From: Podarcis melisellensis
Taxonomy: Eukaryota
Direction: 5' to 3' (one strand)
Assembly (NCBI GenBank): GCA_964234715.1
Contig: OZ174284.1
Length of the DNA: 64,000 nt
Part shown: positions 49,131-59,967 of the stretch, piece after piece
Position numbering within the stretch: position 1 is the stretch's first letter
How the letters are laid out: every line of letters starts with the position of its first letter
Position numbers and translations under genes: made by a program
Notes under the pieces: model-generated
What the model was told of the DNA's origin: nothing
Database searches by the model: none
What the model saw: only the letters and a program-made list of their open reading frames with translations

Positions 49131-51987
49131 AAGTCTACAAGAAGGCAGCACTCACGAACCACTTGCAGGAGAGACTTCGGAAACCATCAAGCGGTCCATC
49201 TTGGAACACAACTTGCTCCATTTGAAAAATCTCTCTCTACAGAAGAGATCTATTGTGGATTACAACTCTAGAACTATCCTGAAATTCCTAGTGAGCAGAA
49301 AGTGTCTGTCAGTGCAGTTGCATTCAGCAGTACATATGATTCGGGAATAAGAAGTCAGCTTTGGCAAAGAGTTTAGTAGGAGATCTTCAGCAAGTTGGCA
49401 TTTCTCAGGGCTAAACTAGATGCAACCTTACTTGAACAACTGCAATTAACACGCATATTTAACAGAAAGATAAGTAGCAGCTGCAAGATCAGGACAAAGA
49501 TTACAGGATGCATTTTTTAAAAAAAAAACACACCTCGCTTTATGCTGTCATTCTGAGGAATACCTCCCTGTCCTCTTTCCACCAAGGAGGAGGCTTCCAT
49601 TGCTAATTTCATAAAGTGGAACCAGCATTGCTAGTGGTCATTGAGAGCTTTATTCTCAATGAATTTGTCTTATGTATTTACCATTTCAATGCCAGTTCTC
49701 CCAGCTTGGAGGGATGTACTATTTGATGTGCTAGAAAAGAATGACCCTGACTAACTCTTTACAGATTCTAGACCTCAGTAATTCTAGCAGTCCCCACACA
49801 CTTGATTCTGTTTGTCCATACAATATTGTGGTGCTACTATGTCTGTGTTTCAGTTATTTTAATTTGTGGCATCTACTTTTGCATTGTAAACTGCCTTGAG
49901 TGTGACAGAAGGCAAGGTAAAAATGCTTAAACAAAACAAAATATGTAAATATATTAATTGTTAAACTTTAAAAGCGTTAGAGTAACTTTAAGAGTTACTC
50001 TAACAGCAGCCACAGAGGAGGCAATCTAGGCTAGAAAATAATCTACACTGTTCTACAGGATAGTATCCAGGCTGTTAAACAAGTTTGAAGAATCAGGCAT
50101 GACAGAGCCAAGGAATTATGCAACTACCTTCAAGGGCCAATGGGATTCAGTTTTCCATTTCCATCCTCCTGACTCTTGCAGTTCATGACAGAACCTGTTC
50201 TAGGTGTTGAAGAAATAAAAATCTGTTGCAAAAAAAATGGGGAGTCCCCCCCCCGTAAGCAATTATGGGGTTATAAACCCAAAAGCCATAACTCTTGCAT
50301 CTATTATTATCTGTTATAACATTTTGTGCCACCGCTCTTCAGTCAAAAAGCAGTTTGGAGCTGCTTACAACAATTTCAAACAGAACCCAAAGAAAATGGT
50401 TTAAAAGTGTGGAAGAAGGGGTATTGTATGAAGTTTACCAAATCCTTGCAGTGAGGGAGACAGTTATGCATTTTGTCTCTCATAAAAGGGCTTCTTGAAA
50501 AGCAGAATACCGTATACTGGCCAAGATTACTACTACAATGGCATTTAGCCAATAAACATTTATACATTCTAAATTCTATATATCCAGACACTGGAATAAA
50601 AAGTCTCCAGAGTCACCTACTTTAAATGGATTTTGCAGCAATTCTGTTCTACTTCTTATGTCAACAGCTGCACACTCATTTTTAGAAGACTAAAAACGTG
50701 CCACTAGCCTATCTTCAACCTGGCAGTAGCTAATTTTGGGGTCAAGACAATTAACAAGCAGGTGACTTGAACTTGCTGTCAGGGCATGTGACTTGCAACT
50801 AAATCCCATTACCTACAGCATTTAGCTTTCCACTAAGGGGTTTATGACACGTAGCTGGTCTTTTCCTAATTAATCCATGCCTATTAAAAGAGCCATTTCA
50901 CAAACTTGGAAAAACAAACTGCCCAAAGATTGTTCAACAGGATCTATAAATGAAGCAGAATACCTACAGCGTAACATGGATATTTACCAAGCAGTAGTTT
51001 CTTCCATTATAGATTAGTATGCAGGGCCAACCTGAACAAGCTTTTAAGAACTGCTTTATTAACAGGATAGCAGCCAACTATCCATAGGTAGCTGTATGTC
51101 CCCAAGAGACTCTACCCAATGCACGTTAAAGGGAAACACTTTCCAGACAAACTGCTCGCTCACATCACGAGACTTAGCAGCATCATTTAGAAACAAGAAG
51201 TGCGCTGAGTAGCTTTCCTGCTTTCTCACCAATAAGCCACTTAGTGGCAGTTACTTTACAAATGAGCACAGGGAGCTGGGAAACAGAGCAGCTTCCAGGC
51301 AAGAGTTAAACAAATTCCTTTAACCTCATTATCTCACCCCACCCGAAGTTCCCAGTGAAACTTTTCCAAAAGGTGCTCAAGGAGCAGAAGAAAAGGCTGC
51401 CATATATAAAATGGGTTCAATTCTGAAACGTTCACCTTTCCAGAAACACTGGGCCCTGCTGGGCGCTATATGCAAAGCTTTGAGAGAAGCACAGCTTACA
51501 GCTGGGTTAACACCCGGCTTCCATCAACTGCGATGGCCGTGGGGAGAAGTGGCAGGAGAAGGGAGAAGATAAAATTGCCTGGGACTAGGGTCCATTCCAA
51601 GAGAGCCCACGAAAACACGGGAATCCCCTGAACCCAACTCGCTTCTCCGAGCATGTGCAGAGATTTATACTCCTTCCTTCCCCCCGCAGAAGAGCAGCAG
51701 GAGCATCCACACGCGCGGAGCAACACAGCCGGGCGTCCCAGCTCCAGGGGTGGTGGATATGCCCACCGCCAGGAGATTTCAAGCCGCTTTGGAAGCCCGG
51801 TTCCGAAAGAGGTGGCACAAGGTAACCCAGAGGCGCCAGCCCAGCGTGGCCCGCGCCCCCGTTAAAAACCTAGGAAAGCGAAGCGCCCAGCCTGTGCAGA
51901 AGGGCGAGACTGTGGAGGACGAACACAGAAGGGGAACAAAATCAAGCCAGCCGCTGAGGAAGCAGCGCCGCCGCCGCCGCGTCTTAC

Positions 51988-52080
51988 CTGGGCGCGCGGC
52001 CACCAGCTGCTTCGGAAGCTCTTTCTCCCAGGGCTCCCCACCAACTCCGCCACAAGTGCGACAAGCGCGCGCCCCGCAGA
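51988..52080 (-). other. CSRP2: CSRP2 non-coding exon 1 (TSS approximate)
   Basis: Strong CAG|gtaaga donor at 51988/51987 inside the CpG island; TSS placed about 27-30 nt downstream of the TATAAA. Confidence 0.75.
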
Positions 52081-52106
52081 AGCCAGCCGGGTTTCCCTTG
52101 CAGCTG

Positions 52107-52112
52107 TTTATA
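52107..52112 (-). promoter_or_regulatory. CSRP2: TATA box (TATAAA) of CSRP2
   Basis: Plus-strand tttata in a very GC-rich context, with GC boxes upstream (ggggcgg about 52125, gccccgccc 52203-52211). Confidence 0.75.
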
Positions 52113-53384
52113 GCGTCCCACAAGGGGGCGGTGCTGCGACGGAGCGTAGCCGGGCAAGCCCCTTCCCTCTGGGCCGCCCTTTCTCTTTCCGCGGCCCGCG
52201 AGGCCCCGCCCTGCGCGTTCAAGCGGCCGACGCCTAGGAGCTCGGCGCGCCCTCGCCCAAAAGGGCTGCATTCCCTCGCTCGCTCTCGTTTCGCTTTCCC
52301 CCGCGCGCGAGCGTTCTGACGGCCCGCAACTGTTCACACGTTCCAGCGCCGCCGCCCATTAGAAATAGGCCTTTGATGTTTTCCCCTTTTACAGGACAGA
52401 CTTGAAGGGGAGGGCTGAGGAAGCTCGACATGCATTGCTTTCCAAAGCAGAGCCTTTCCTCACCATCCAGACTTCTCTATATTAAAAAAAATGTATTGTG
52501 TCTAGTAGTCGGAATTTGTGGCAGGGGATGTTTTCCCTGCTGGACAAGAAAAATAACGCTCTCCTCTATTTGAGTGTTGACTGCCCGCTGGAAATAAAGA
52601 TTTGAATTTGTGGCTCAGCTTGGAATGTTTTTTTTCTTTGGTACGGCTTACAGCCTAAAAAGTAAAATCATTAATACAGACAAAAATGTTCTTCCTTCAT
52701 CTGACATCCGTCAGGTGTCTCAAAATTATGGAGGTACCCTTCTGCTCAAATATCAGACGACGAGTCAAATGTGTTTCTTGGGGACAAGCAAGTGACAGCA
52801 GGAGCAATATATTGCCTTCTGAGCCCTGCTTGTGGCCTTCCTGAAGGGACCTGGTTGACCATTGTGGCAAGCACTGTGCTGTTCTTATTATTGTATATTT
52901 ACAATATTTGTACACTGTCTTAAAACATAACACTCTCTGAGCAACTTGTGTGACAACTGAATTGCAAAACAAATGTAACTAGATGAGACCTACACTGGGC
53001 CAGCTTCGCCTACACTGACTGGCAGCAGCTCTCTGACTTCTCTCTTAGTCCTGTGGAGATGCTTGGGATTGAACCTGAGATCTTCTGCAGGCAAAGTGGA
53101 TTCTCTACTGAGCCGCAGTGTTCTTTAGGCTTGTGCCCTCTAAATGTTTTGGACTATAGCTTCCCTCACCCCCTGCCAGCTTGACCACAGTTCAAAATCT
53201 GGATGGCACCAGGTTGGAAAAAGTTTCTTTACAGTCTAGCACCCGTTCTGAAAAGCAAGATTTGGGAGACAGAGAAAAAACCTTACACGCCAGAGAGCTA
53301 CTGCTGACTGAAGTAAGGTGGATGTGGACCAATAACTGGATCCACCAGAAGTGGTGGGCTTTACAAACCCTGTGCTTGGGAAAT

Positions 53385-53632
53385 GCCAGTGTGATGTAGT
53401 GGTTAAGAGCGGTGGACTCATAATCTGGTGAACCGGGTTCGCTTCCCCGCTGCTCCACATGCAGCTGCTGGGTGACCTTGGGCTCGTCACACTTCTCTGA
53501 AGTCTCTCAGCTCCACTCACCTCACAGAGTGTTTGTTGTGGGGGAGGAAGGGAAAGGAGAATGTTAGCCGCTTTGAGACTCCTTCGGGTAGTGATAAAGC
53601 GGGATATAAAATCCAAACTCTTCTTCTTCTTC
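53385..53632 (+). mobile_element. tRNA-derived CORE-like SINE (Squam3-type) with a (CTT)n tail
   Basis: A-box-like TGATGTAGTGG, B-box-like GGTTCGCTTCC, MIR-core-like GGGTGACCTTGGGC and a CTT tail. Family name from recall. Confidence 0.75.
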
Positions 53633-53947
53633 AAGCACAGCGCTTCCAAAGCACCTTACAACCAGCTGGTTGTCAGATGTTTGAGAAGTGCTCTGCAGCA
53701 CCAAGCACAGTGCTTTCCAAAGTGCCCAACAATCAGCACTTAGGAAGCAGGGTCTGCAAAGACCCTTTCAACCAAGCCAGGCCCTTACCTGTCCTACACC
53801 TGATAGCATATGTCAGGTTTAGGGCAGGTAGGTATGGTTTGGTCAAAATGGCCATGCAAGCCAAATGGAGAGGCCCGGTGGGCCACGGGCTGTTCCCCAC
53901 CTGTAGTTTAGAGGTTGAATTTCCCTAGTTGTAATATCCAAGTTTGC

Positions 53948-54311
53948 GGGGACGCAGGTGGCGCTGTGGGTTAAAGCCTCAGCACCTAGGACTTGCCGAT
54001 CGAAAGGTCGGCGGTTCGAATCCCTGCGGCGGGGTGCGCTCCCGCTGCTCGGTCCCAGCGCCTGCCAACCTAGCAGTTCGAAAGCACCTCCGGGTGCAAG
54101 TAGATAAATAGGGACCGCTTACCAGCGGGAAGGTAAACGGCGTTTCCGTGTGCAGCTCTGGCTCGCCAGAGCAGCGATGTCACACTGGCCACGTGACCCG
54201 GAAGTGTCTCCGGACAGCGCTGGCCCCTGGCCTCTTAAGTGAGATGGGCGCACAACCCCAGAGTCTGTCAAGACTGGCCCGTATGGGCAGGGGTACCTTT
54301 ACCTTTACCTT
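53948..54311 (+). mobile_element. Full-length Sauria SINE
   Basis: GGGACGCAGGTGGCGCTGTGG head, B box GGTTCGAATCCC (54013-54024), (ACCTTT)n tail, 13-bp TSD TAATATCCAAGTT (53932-53944 and 54312-54324). Confidence 0.92.
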
Positions 54312-54341
54312 TAATATCCAAGTTGAGGAGTGCTCATCCCC

Positions 54342-54417
54342 AGCCGCCCAGAGTGGCTGGGGAGACTCAGCCAGATGGGTGGGGTATAAATAAATAAATT
54401 ATTATTATTATTATTAT
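54342..54417 (+). mobile_element. Severely 5'-truncated L2 3' stub with a (TTA)n tail
   Basis: AGCCGCCCAGAGTGGCTGGGGA...CAGCCAGATGGG matches the 3' end of the L2 at 57695-57735. Confidence 0.85.
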
Positions 54418-56190
54418 CTGAAAAACATAAAGATAAATATTGTTGTCCTTTCCCCAAGAACAATGTCCTACCATTTTGTGAACATTTTCTTTTTGAAATT
54501 TCTATGTAGGCTGGGTCTTTGCAGAGCAGCAAATTAATTTAAGAATTAATTGAATAAAAAGAATTAGATCAGGAATGTGACTCCTCCTCCCGTGCCACAC
54601 ACAGTAAGACTAGCTGCCCTGCAGCTAGACTTATCTTCTTCATATACTAAAAAGCCCTAATTCAGTCTGTAGAGGGTGGTGCCAACAGAACTTTTGAGGA
54701 TCAGTCTTTGTATCAGCTGAGTATTTCTAAACACAAAGCTCTTTTTGTTTTATTTTGTCACACAGGCATAACTTCTGAATAATGCCGCAATAGAAAACTA
54801 TTATCTTCTGTTGAAGGTAAGTATTTTAATACAAAAATGTAATTGCTCTAAGTGAAGGATTATTATTTATTGGGGGGGAGTTGAATTGCAGAGACCAAAG
54901 TAATCACATTTATATAAACAATAAATGGATTGGTGTATAAAAGGCATATGGATAATAAGGATGAACACTAATATGCTTTTCACTCTAAATTATTTGTGTG
55001 TGTGTGTGTGTGTGTATGTGTTCTATGCACTTGGGAAGCTGCTGAAGAAGCTGTTTTGTTTCCTATCCGTGATACATTTATGGGACATGTACAAAATTAA
55101 TGGCAGTATTTGAGTATAAATCTCAAGTCAGGGTAAAATTCACATCACTTGTCCTTCTGTGGAAAGATGAAAATATCAAGAACCCTGGTAAATTTATACC
55201 TGCAGCCTCTTTGGTTTCCTACCTAGGAGCAACTGTTGCTGGCCTGCCCACCTCCATTACGGAATTTTCCAGAATAGACCCATTTTCGTAGGATGATGAG
55301 TTGTTGGCCATGTACACACTGTACCTTTAAAGCACATTCCCCACCCCCCAAAAATAATAATTCTGGGCACTGTAGTTTACCCTTCACAGAGTTACAATTC
55401 CAAGCAACCCTTAACTACAGTGCACATAATCATTTGAGGGAAGTAATGTGTTTTTTTATATATGCTTCTGCTATAGTGAACACACAGCCACTGAAAGTTA
55501 CCCCAACCATCTAGCAAAGGGAAGAGGAGCAGAATCACTTGCCTTTTTGTGACCACCAGCTTGGTGTGCTCCAGGCACTGTTTGGTGTATCTGCAACCCT
55601 AAGTCAAGTTCCTCAGCTGGTATCACCACAGCTCTAGGCTCAGCGGTCTCCTACTCCTACTCTCAGCTTAAGGCCAAGGCCATGGCAATTAAACATCATA
55701 AAAGCCTCCAAATTCTGGGACAGTGCTGTGAAGAACCTCTGTTTTAATTCCACATCTAGGTGACTACGAAAAGGCAATGTCTTAGTGGTAACTAAAGGTC
55801 TCTAGCATGGACACAACCTTGTTAAAAACAAGGCAATTATATGTATTGGAGTAATTTCAAATCTGTTATTGGCTCCGGAGTTCTCCAGGTTGATTTACAA
55901 ACTTGTTTCAATTAATATGGTACTCTTTATATCCTAGCATCCATCACACAGAGTACAGTAAAATGCTAAATGTGACAAAAGAAGACTGGCCAGTAGACTG
56001 GGCTAAATAACAGTCTTAAAAGGTGAGTAATTCTGTCGGTAATAAAACTTACATCCTCATGAAGAACAGAGCTGCTTGTTAAATGTATTGAGTACAAAGT
56101 TAAAGAAAAAATATTTCAGCAACTTAGGAAGCATGTTTAGAGAGATGAGATCTTTTTTAAATCCTTTTTTTTAAAATTTGCCCTTAGGTT

Positions 56191-56754
<564 letters not shown>

Positions 56755-57334
56755 TTGCCCGTAGTTTAAACTCCACTTGAGATGCTAGTAGGTATATGTA
56801 AGAAGGTGAGAGCAGCATGCAATTTATATGTAATCCTAAATGCAATTAGAGAAACAATGTGTCGTGCAGACCGCAGGTACAGATGCTATCATGGCACCTG
56901 AATGTGATAAGCACAGCAAAATCAGGAGGTTATTAAATTAAAGATCTGAGTACCCTGGATGGAACTCTTTGAATAGCTTAGCCCAACACAAGCTCCCTTG
57001 AAGGAACCTGCTCCACAGAATTTCAATATCTCCAGTAATCATTCACAATAGGGAATATAATTTAGGACAAGGTATTTCTCTAAAAAGTTGAGCTTGTTTT
57101 ATTATATCATTTTAATATTGTACTATGAAGAATTCTGTTTGCTAAAACAGTGATGAATAACCTTTTGAGTGGGGGAGTCTCCAGGGTGTGACTGTTTTGT
57201 GGAAGGTATTCAAGCACATGCTGGAACTTTAGGTGAGTATGGTTGACGTTTATTAAAGGTCTCTGAAATCCTAGTGCGACAAACCCACTTTGTTGAAAGT
57301 GATGGGGGAATGCATTTTTTAAAATGTGGGATGA

Positions 57335-57899
57335 ATGAATTTTATTATTTATACCCTGCACATCTGGCTGGGTTTCCCCAGCTACTCTGGGCGGCTTACA
57401 GGATATATAAAAACATCAAACATTAAAAAGGAGCGTCTCCACCCCCATCGTTCAGCCCGGACACTGAGATCCAGCGCTGAGGTTTTTCTGGCAGTTCCCA
57501 CACTGCGAGAAGTGAAGTTACAGGGAACCAGGCAGAGGGCCTTCTTGGCAGTGGCGCCTGTCCTGTGGAACACCTTTCTATCAGGTGTCAAGGAAATAAA
57601 CAACTATCTGACTTTTAGAAGACATCTGAATGCAGCCCTGTTTAGGGAAGTTTTTAATGACTGATGTTTTAATGTATTTTTAATATTTTGTTGGAAGCCG
57701 CCCAGAGTGGCTGGGGAAACCCAGCCAGATGGGTAGGGTAGGGAATGAATGAATGAATGAATATTATTATTAAAAACCTTCTGATACAGCGCTGCCTTCA
57801 GATGTCTTCTAAAAGTTGTGTAATTCTTTATCTCCTTGACATCGGAAGGGGGAGGAGTTCCACAGGGAGGGCGCCACTACTGAGAAGGCCCTCTGCCTG
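57335..57899 (-). mobile_element. Host L2 fragment (minus strand), split into 57899-57769 and 57429-57335
   Basis: The reverse complements of both pieces align collinearly with the nested plus-strand copy. Confidence 0.8.
57430..57768 (+). mobile_element. Young L2 3' fragment inserted in an antisense copy of the same family
   Basis: Open frame KERLHPHRSARTLRSSAE...RQRAFLAVAPVLWN...FRRHLNAALF; 3' UTR and (GAAT)n/(TAT)n tail; ATTAAAAA duplicated at 57422-57429 and 57769-57776. Confidence 0.85.
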
Positions 57900-58439
57900 T
57901 TCATTATCATATAACTGCCCCACAAACGAATTGGAACTGATGCGCAATAAAGACTGGATATAATCTAACCTCTGTGTAAGCTCTGTACAAGTAAATCAGG
58001 ATGAATGATCAATAAACAGGTTGTCTGAGGAGGACCTTAGTCTAAGACTGCATTAGCTTATAACACTGTTAGAAGCTGGATGCAAGGAAAAAGTCAGCAG
58101 CCAGAACTGGGCAGAGCCATCTTTTCTCTCTCTCTCAACTGTTTTCTCTTCCCTCTTATCCACTCAGCAGGCTTTTGGGGTGGGTATAGATTGTTCTCCC
58201 CAGAGGTCTGATAGGCCTCCCCCTGCCCCAATGTTTCTCTGCTTGCTCTTCTTCTCTCCCTCCAGGTTAAAGGTTGCTAGCTCCTGGGCTAAAACTTAAT
58301 CTCTCTGAAATTGCCCAATTCTGCTGCTGATTTTGATAACTTCGTTAGTGCAGTTCAACTGGCTTAAAGAGCTTCAGCCAGATTGTTGTCTGGGGTGAGT
58401 TATAGGGAGTATGCAACTCCCTTGTTACCACAGCTCCGC

Positions 58440-58874
58440 AGCCTATCAGTCCGTTTCCAGGCACAATTCAAAGTGCTGATGATGACCTATAAAACCCTAT
58501 AAGGCTTAGGTACAAGCTATCTGAAATACCTCATTCCCTCATACACACCTGTTTGGGTTCTTCTCTTGGTCCTGCCACCCTCACAGGAATGTTGGTAGGA
58601 ATGTAGGGCCTTCTCAGTAGTTGCACCCAAACTTTGGAACTCTCTCTTTGCCCTTTTGCCAGCTGGTGAAGACCTTTTTATTCCAACAGGCTTGGGGGAA
58701 ATGACTGCTATTAATGAAAGGCTGGTACTGTGCTGTCTTTATTGTAATTAGCTGTATGTTTTGAACAGATTTATATATGTGTGTTCAATTATTTTTAATG
58801 ACAAACCCCAAGTTTTTAGCCGTTATTATTTCATATGTAAGTCACCTTGAGCCCCTGTCAGGGAAAGAGGTGGG

Positions 58875-58916
<42 letters not shown>
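58440..58916 (+). mobile_element. Degenerate L2 3' fragment ending in an (AAT)14 microsatellite
   Basis: caggcacaattcaaagtgctg...agggccttctcagtagttgcacccaaactttggaactc; (AAT)n at 58875-58916. Confidence 0.75.
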
Positions 58917-59009
58917 GGGACCTATTAAGATTGGTTCCACTGCCCAGCTTCAACTCTTTCTTTCTTTTAAGCAAAATATCTGTAACTTTAGAGAATAGAA
59001 ACGATGTCA

Positions 59010-59077
59010 TGGGTATTAGGCGAGTTGGACCAGATGACCCATGTCGCCCGTTCTAACTCTACAATTCTATGATTCTA
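59010..59077 (+). mobile_element. CR1 3' terminal stub
   Basis: GTTGGACCAGATGACC...TTCTAACTCTACAATTCTATGATTCTA, the CR1 octamer tail. Confidence 0.75.
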
Positions 59078-59722
59078 TAATATCTAGTTTTCCTCAGATA
59101 TTTCCGACATGCATGTTGGCCTTATGGCGGGCATGTGGGACTCTGGCATTTCCTGATACCAGGAAGATACAGTTCAAAATCCCTTTGCAGCATAATTCAA
59201 CACTTGCTAATCTTAACCACTGCTTTGAAGGGGAAGGTGAAATAGCACCACTGATTTCTAAAAGGCAGTTATACTTATTGTGATGGTGTACACGTTAACA
59301 GCTTTAATCTTTTTTAGGAAGGTCATGGCTAAATTACCTGTTTATATCGGCTTCTATACTTTCACTATGCCCTGGGAAAGTAACATGTATGCCTCTTCAG
59401 CAGGAAAAATATTGTGTGGAGTCGAGGAAAACATCCTCTGCTCTACATTAATGTGGCCTGTCAGGTCTTGAATTATGGGTGAAAAGGTGGTGACATCATT
59501 AAAAGAAACCCACAAGTGTCAATCCTTGACTCCACTTTTAGTTAATCATGCTGCCTTCCCCCAGTAGCCTTCTAAAAAGCTGTGATTTGAGCATCAGTGG
59601 CTGCCACCCACAAAACTGATTTAAGGAAAGTGGGTCTACTGTCTATATTAGTCAACAGGTGGCATAACAGAATGATGGATACAGACGGCTGCTCACCAGC
59701 GCTGGGCCATTTAAATTGCCTT

Positions 59723-59967
59723 AGGAGCCAGAGAGAGCAAGGTGGAGCAGGTGGAGAGGAAAGAAGGAGAGAAGGAGGTGGAGCAGGTGGAGAGGAAAGA
59801 AGGAGAGGAAAGAAGGAGAGAAGGAGCCAGAGGGAGCAAGGTGGAGCAGGTGGAGAGGAAAGAAGGAGAGAAGGAGGTGGAGCAGGTGGAGAGGAAAGAA
59901 GGAGAGGAAAGAAGGAGAGAAGGAGCCAGAGGGAGCAAGGTGGAGCAGGTGGAGAGGAAAGAAGGAG
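59723..59967. repeat. Purine-rich minisatellite, 99-bp period, about 2.5 copies, with internal sub-repeats
   Basis: AGGAGCCAGAG recurs at 59723, 59822 and 59921; sub-unit AGGTGGAGCAGGTGGAGAGGAAAGAAGGAG. Confidence 0.93.

Larger units (their letters stand above)
51500..52360. promoter_or_regulatory. CSRP2: CpG island spanning the CSRP2 promoter, exon 1 and start of intron 1
   Basis: Abrupt rise in GC and CpG density (gcgcgc runs, a (CCG)n run at 51966-51980) against a CpG-depleted background. Confidence 0.9.

Noticed and set aside
51750-52337. Long overlapping ORFs (189, 147 and 117 aa) at the CSRP2 promoter
   Set aside because: Arg/Ala/Pro-rich products of a CpG island, where stop codons are rare; no recognisable domain.
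53632-53722. Short direct repeat CAAGCACAG(C/T)GCTT(T)CCAAAG 70 bp apart, with an inverted 9-mer at 53370
   Set aside because: Too short and degenerate to define an element; likely a local duplication or chance.
53385-54030. tRNA genes
   Set aside because: The A/B boxes belong to SINE heads; no complete cloverleaf, and they continue into SINE bodies and tails.
57335-57664. 109-aa ORF as a host gene
   Set aside because: It is the C-terminus of L2 ORF2 fused by chance to antisense L2 sequence.
58067-58431. Possible solo LTR (TGT...ACA)
   Set aside because: No matching TSD, PBS/PPT or second copy visible; cannot be supported from the sequence alone.
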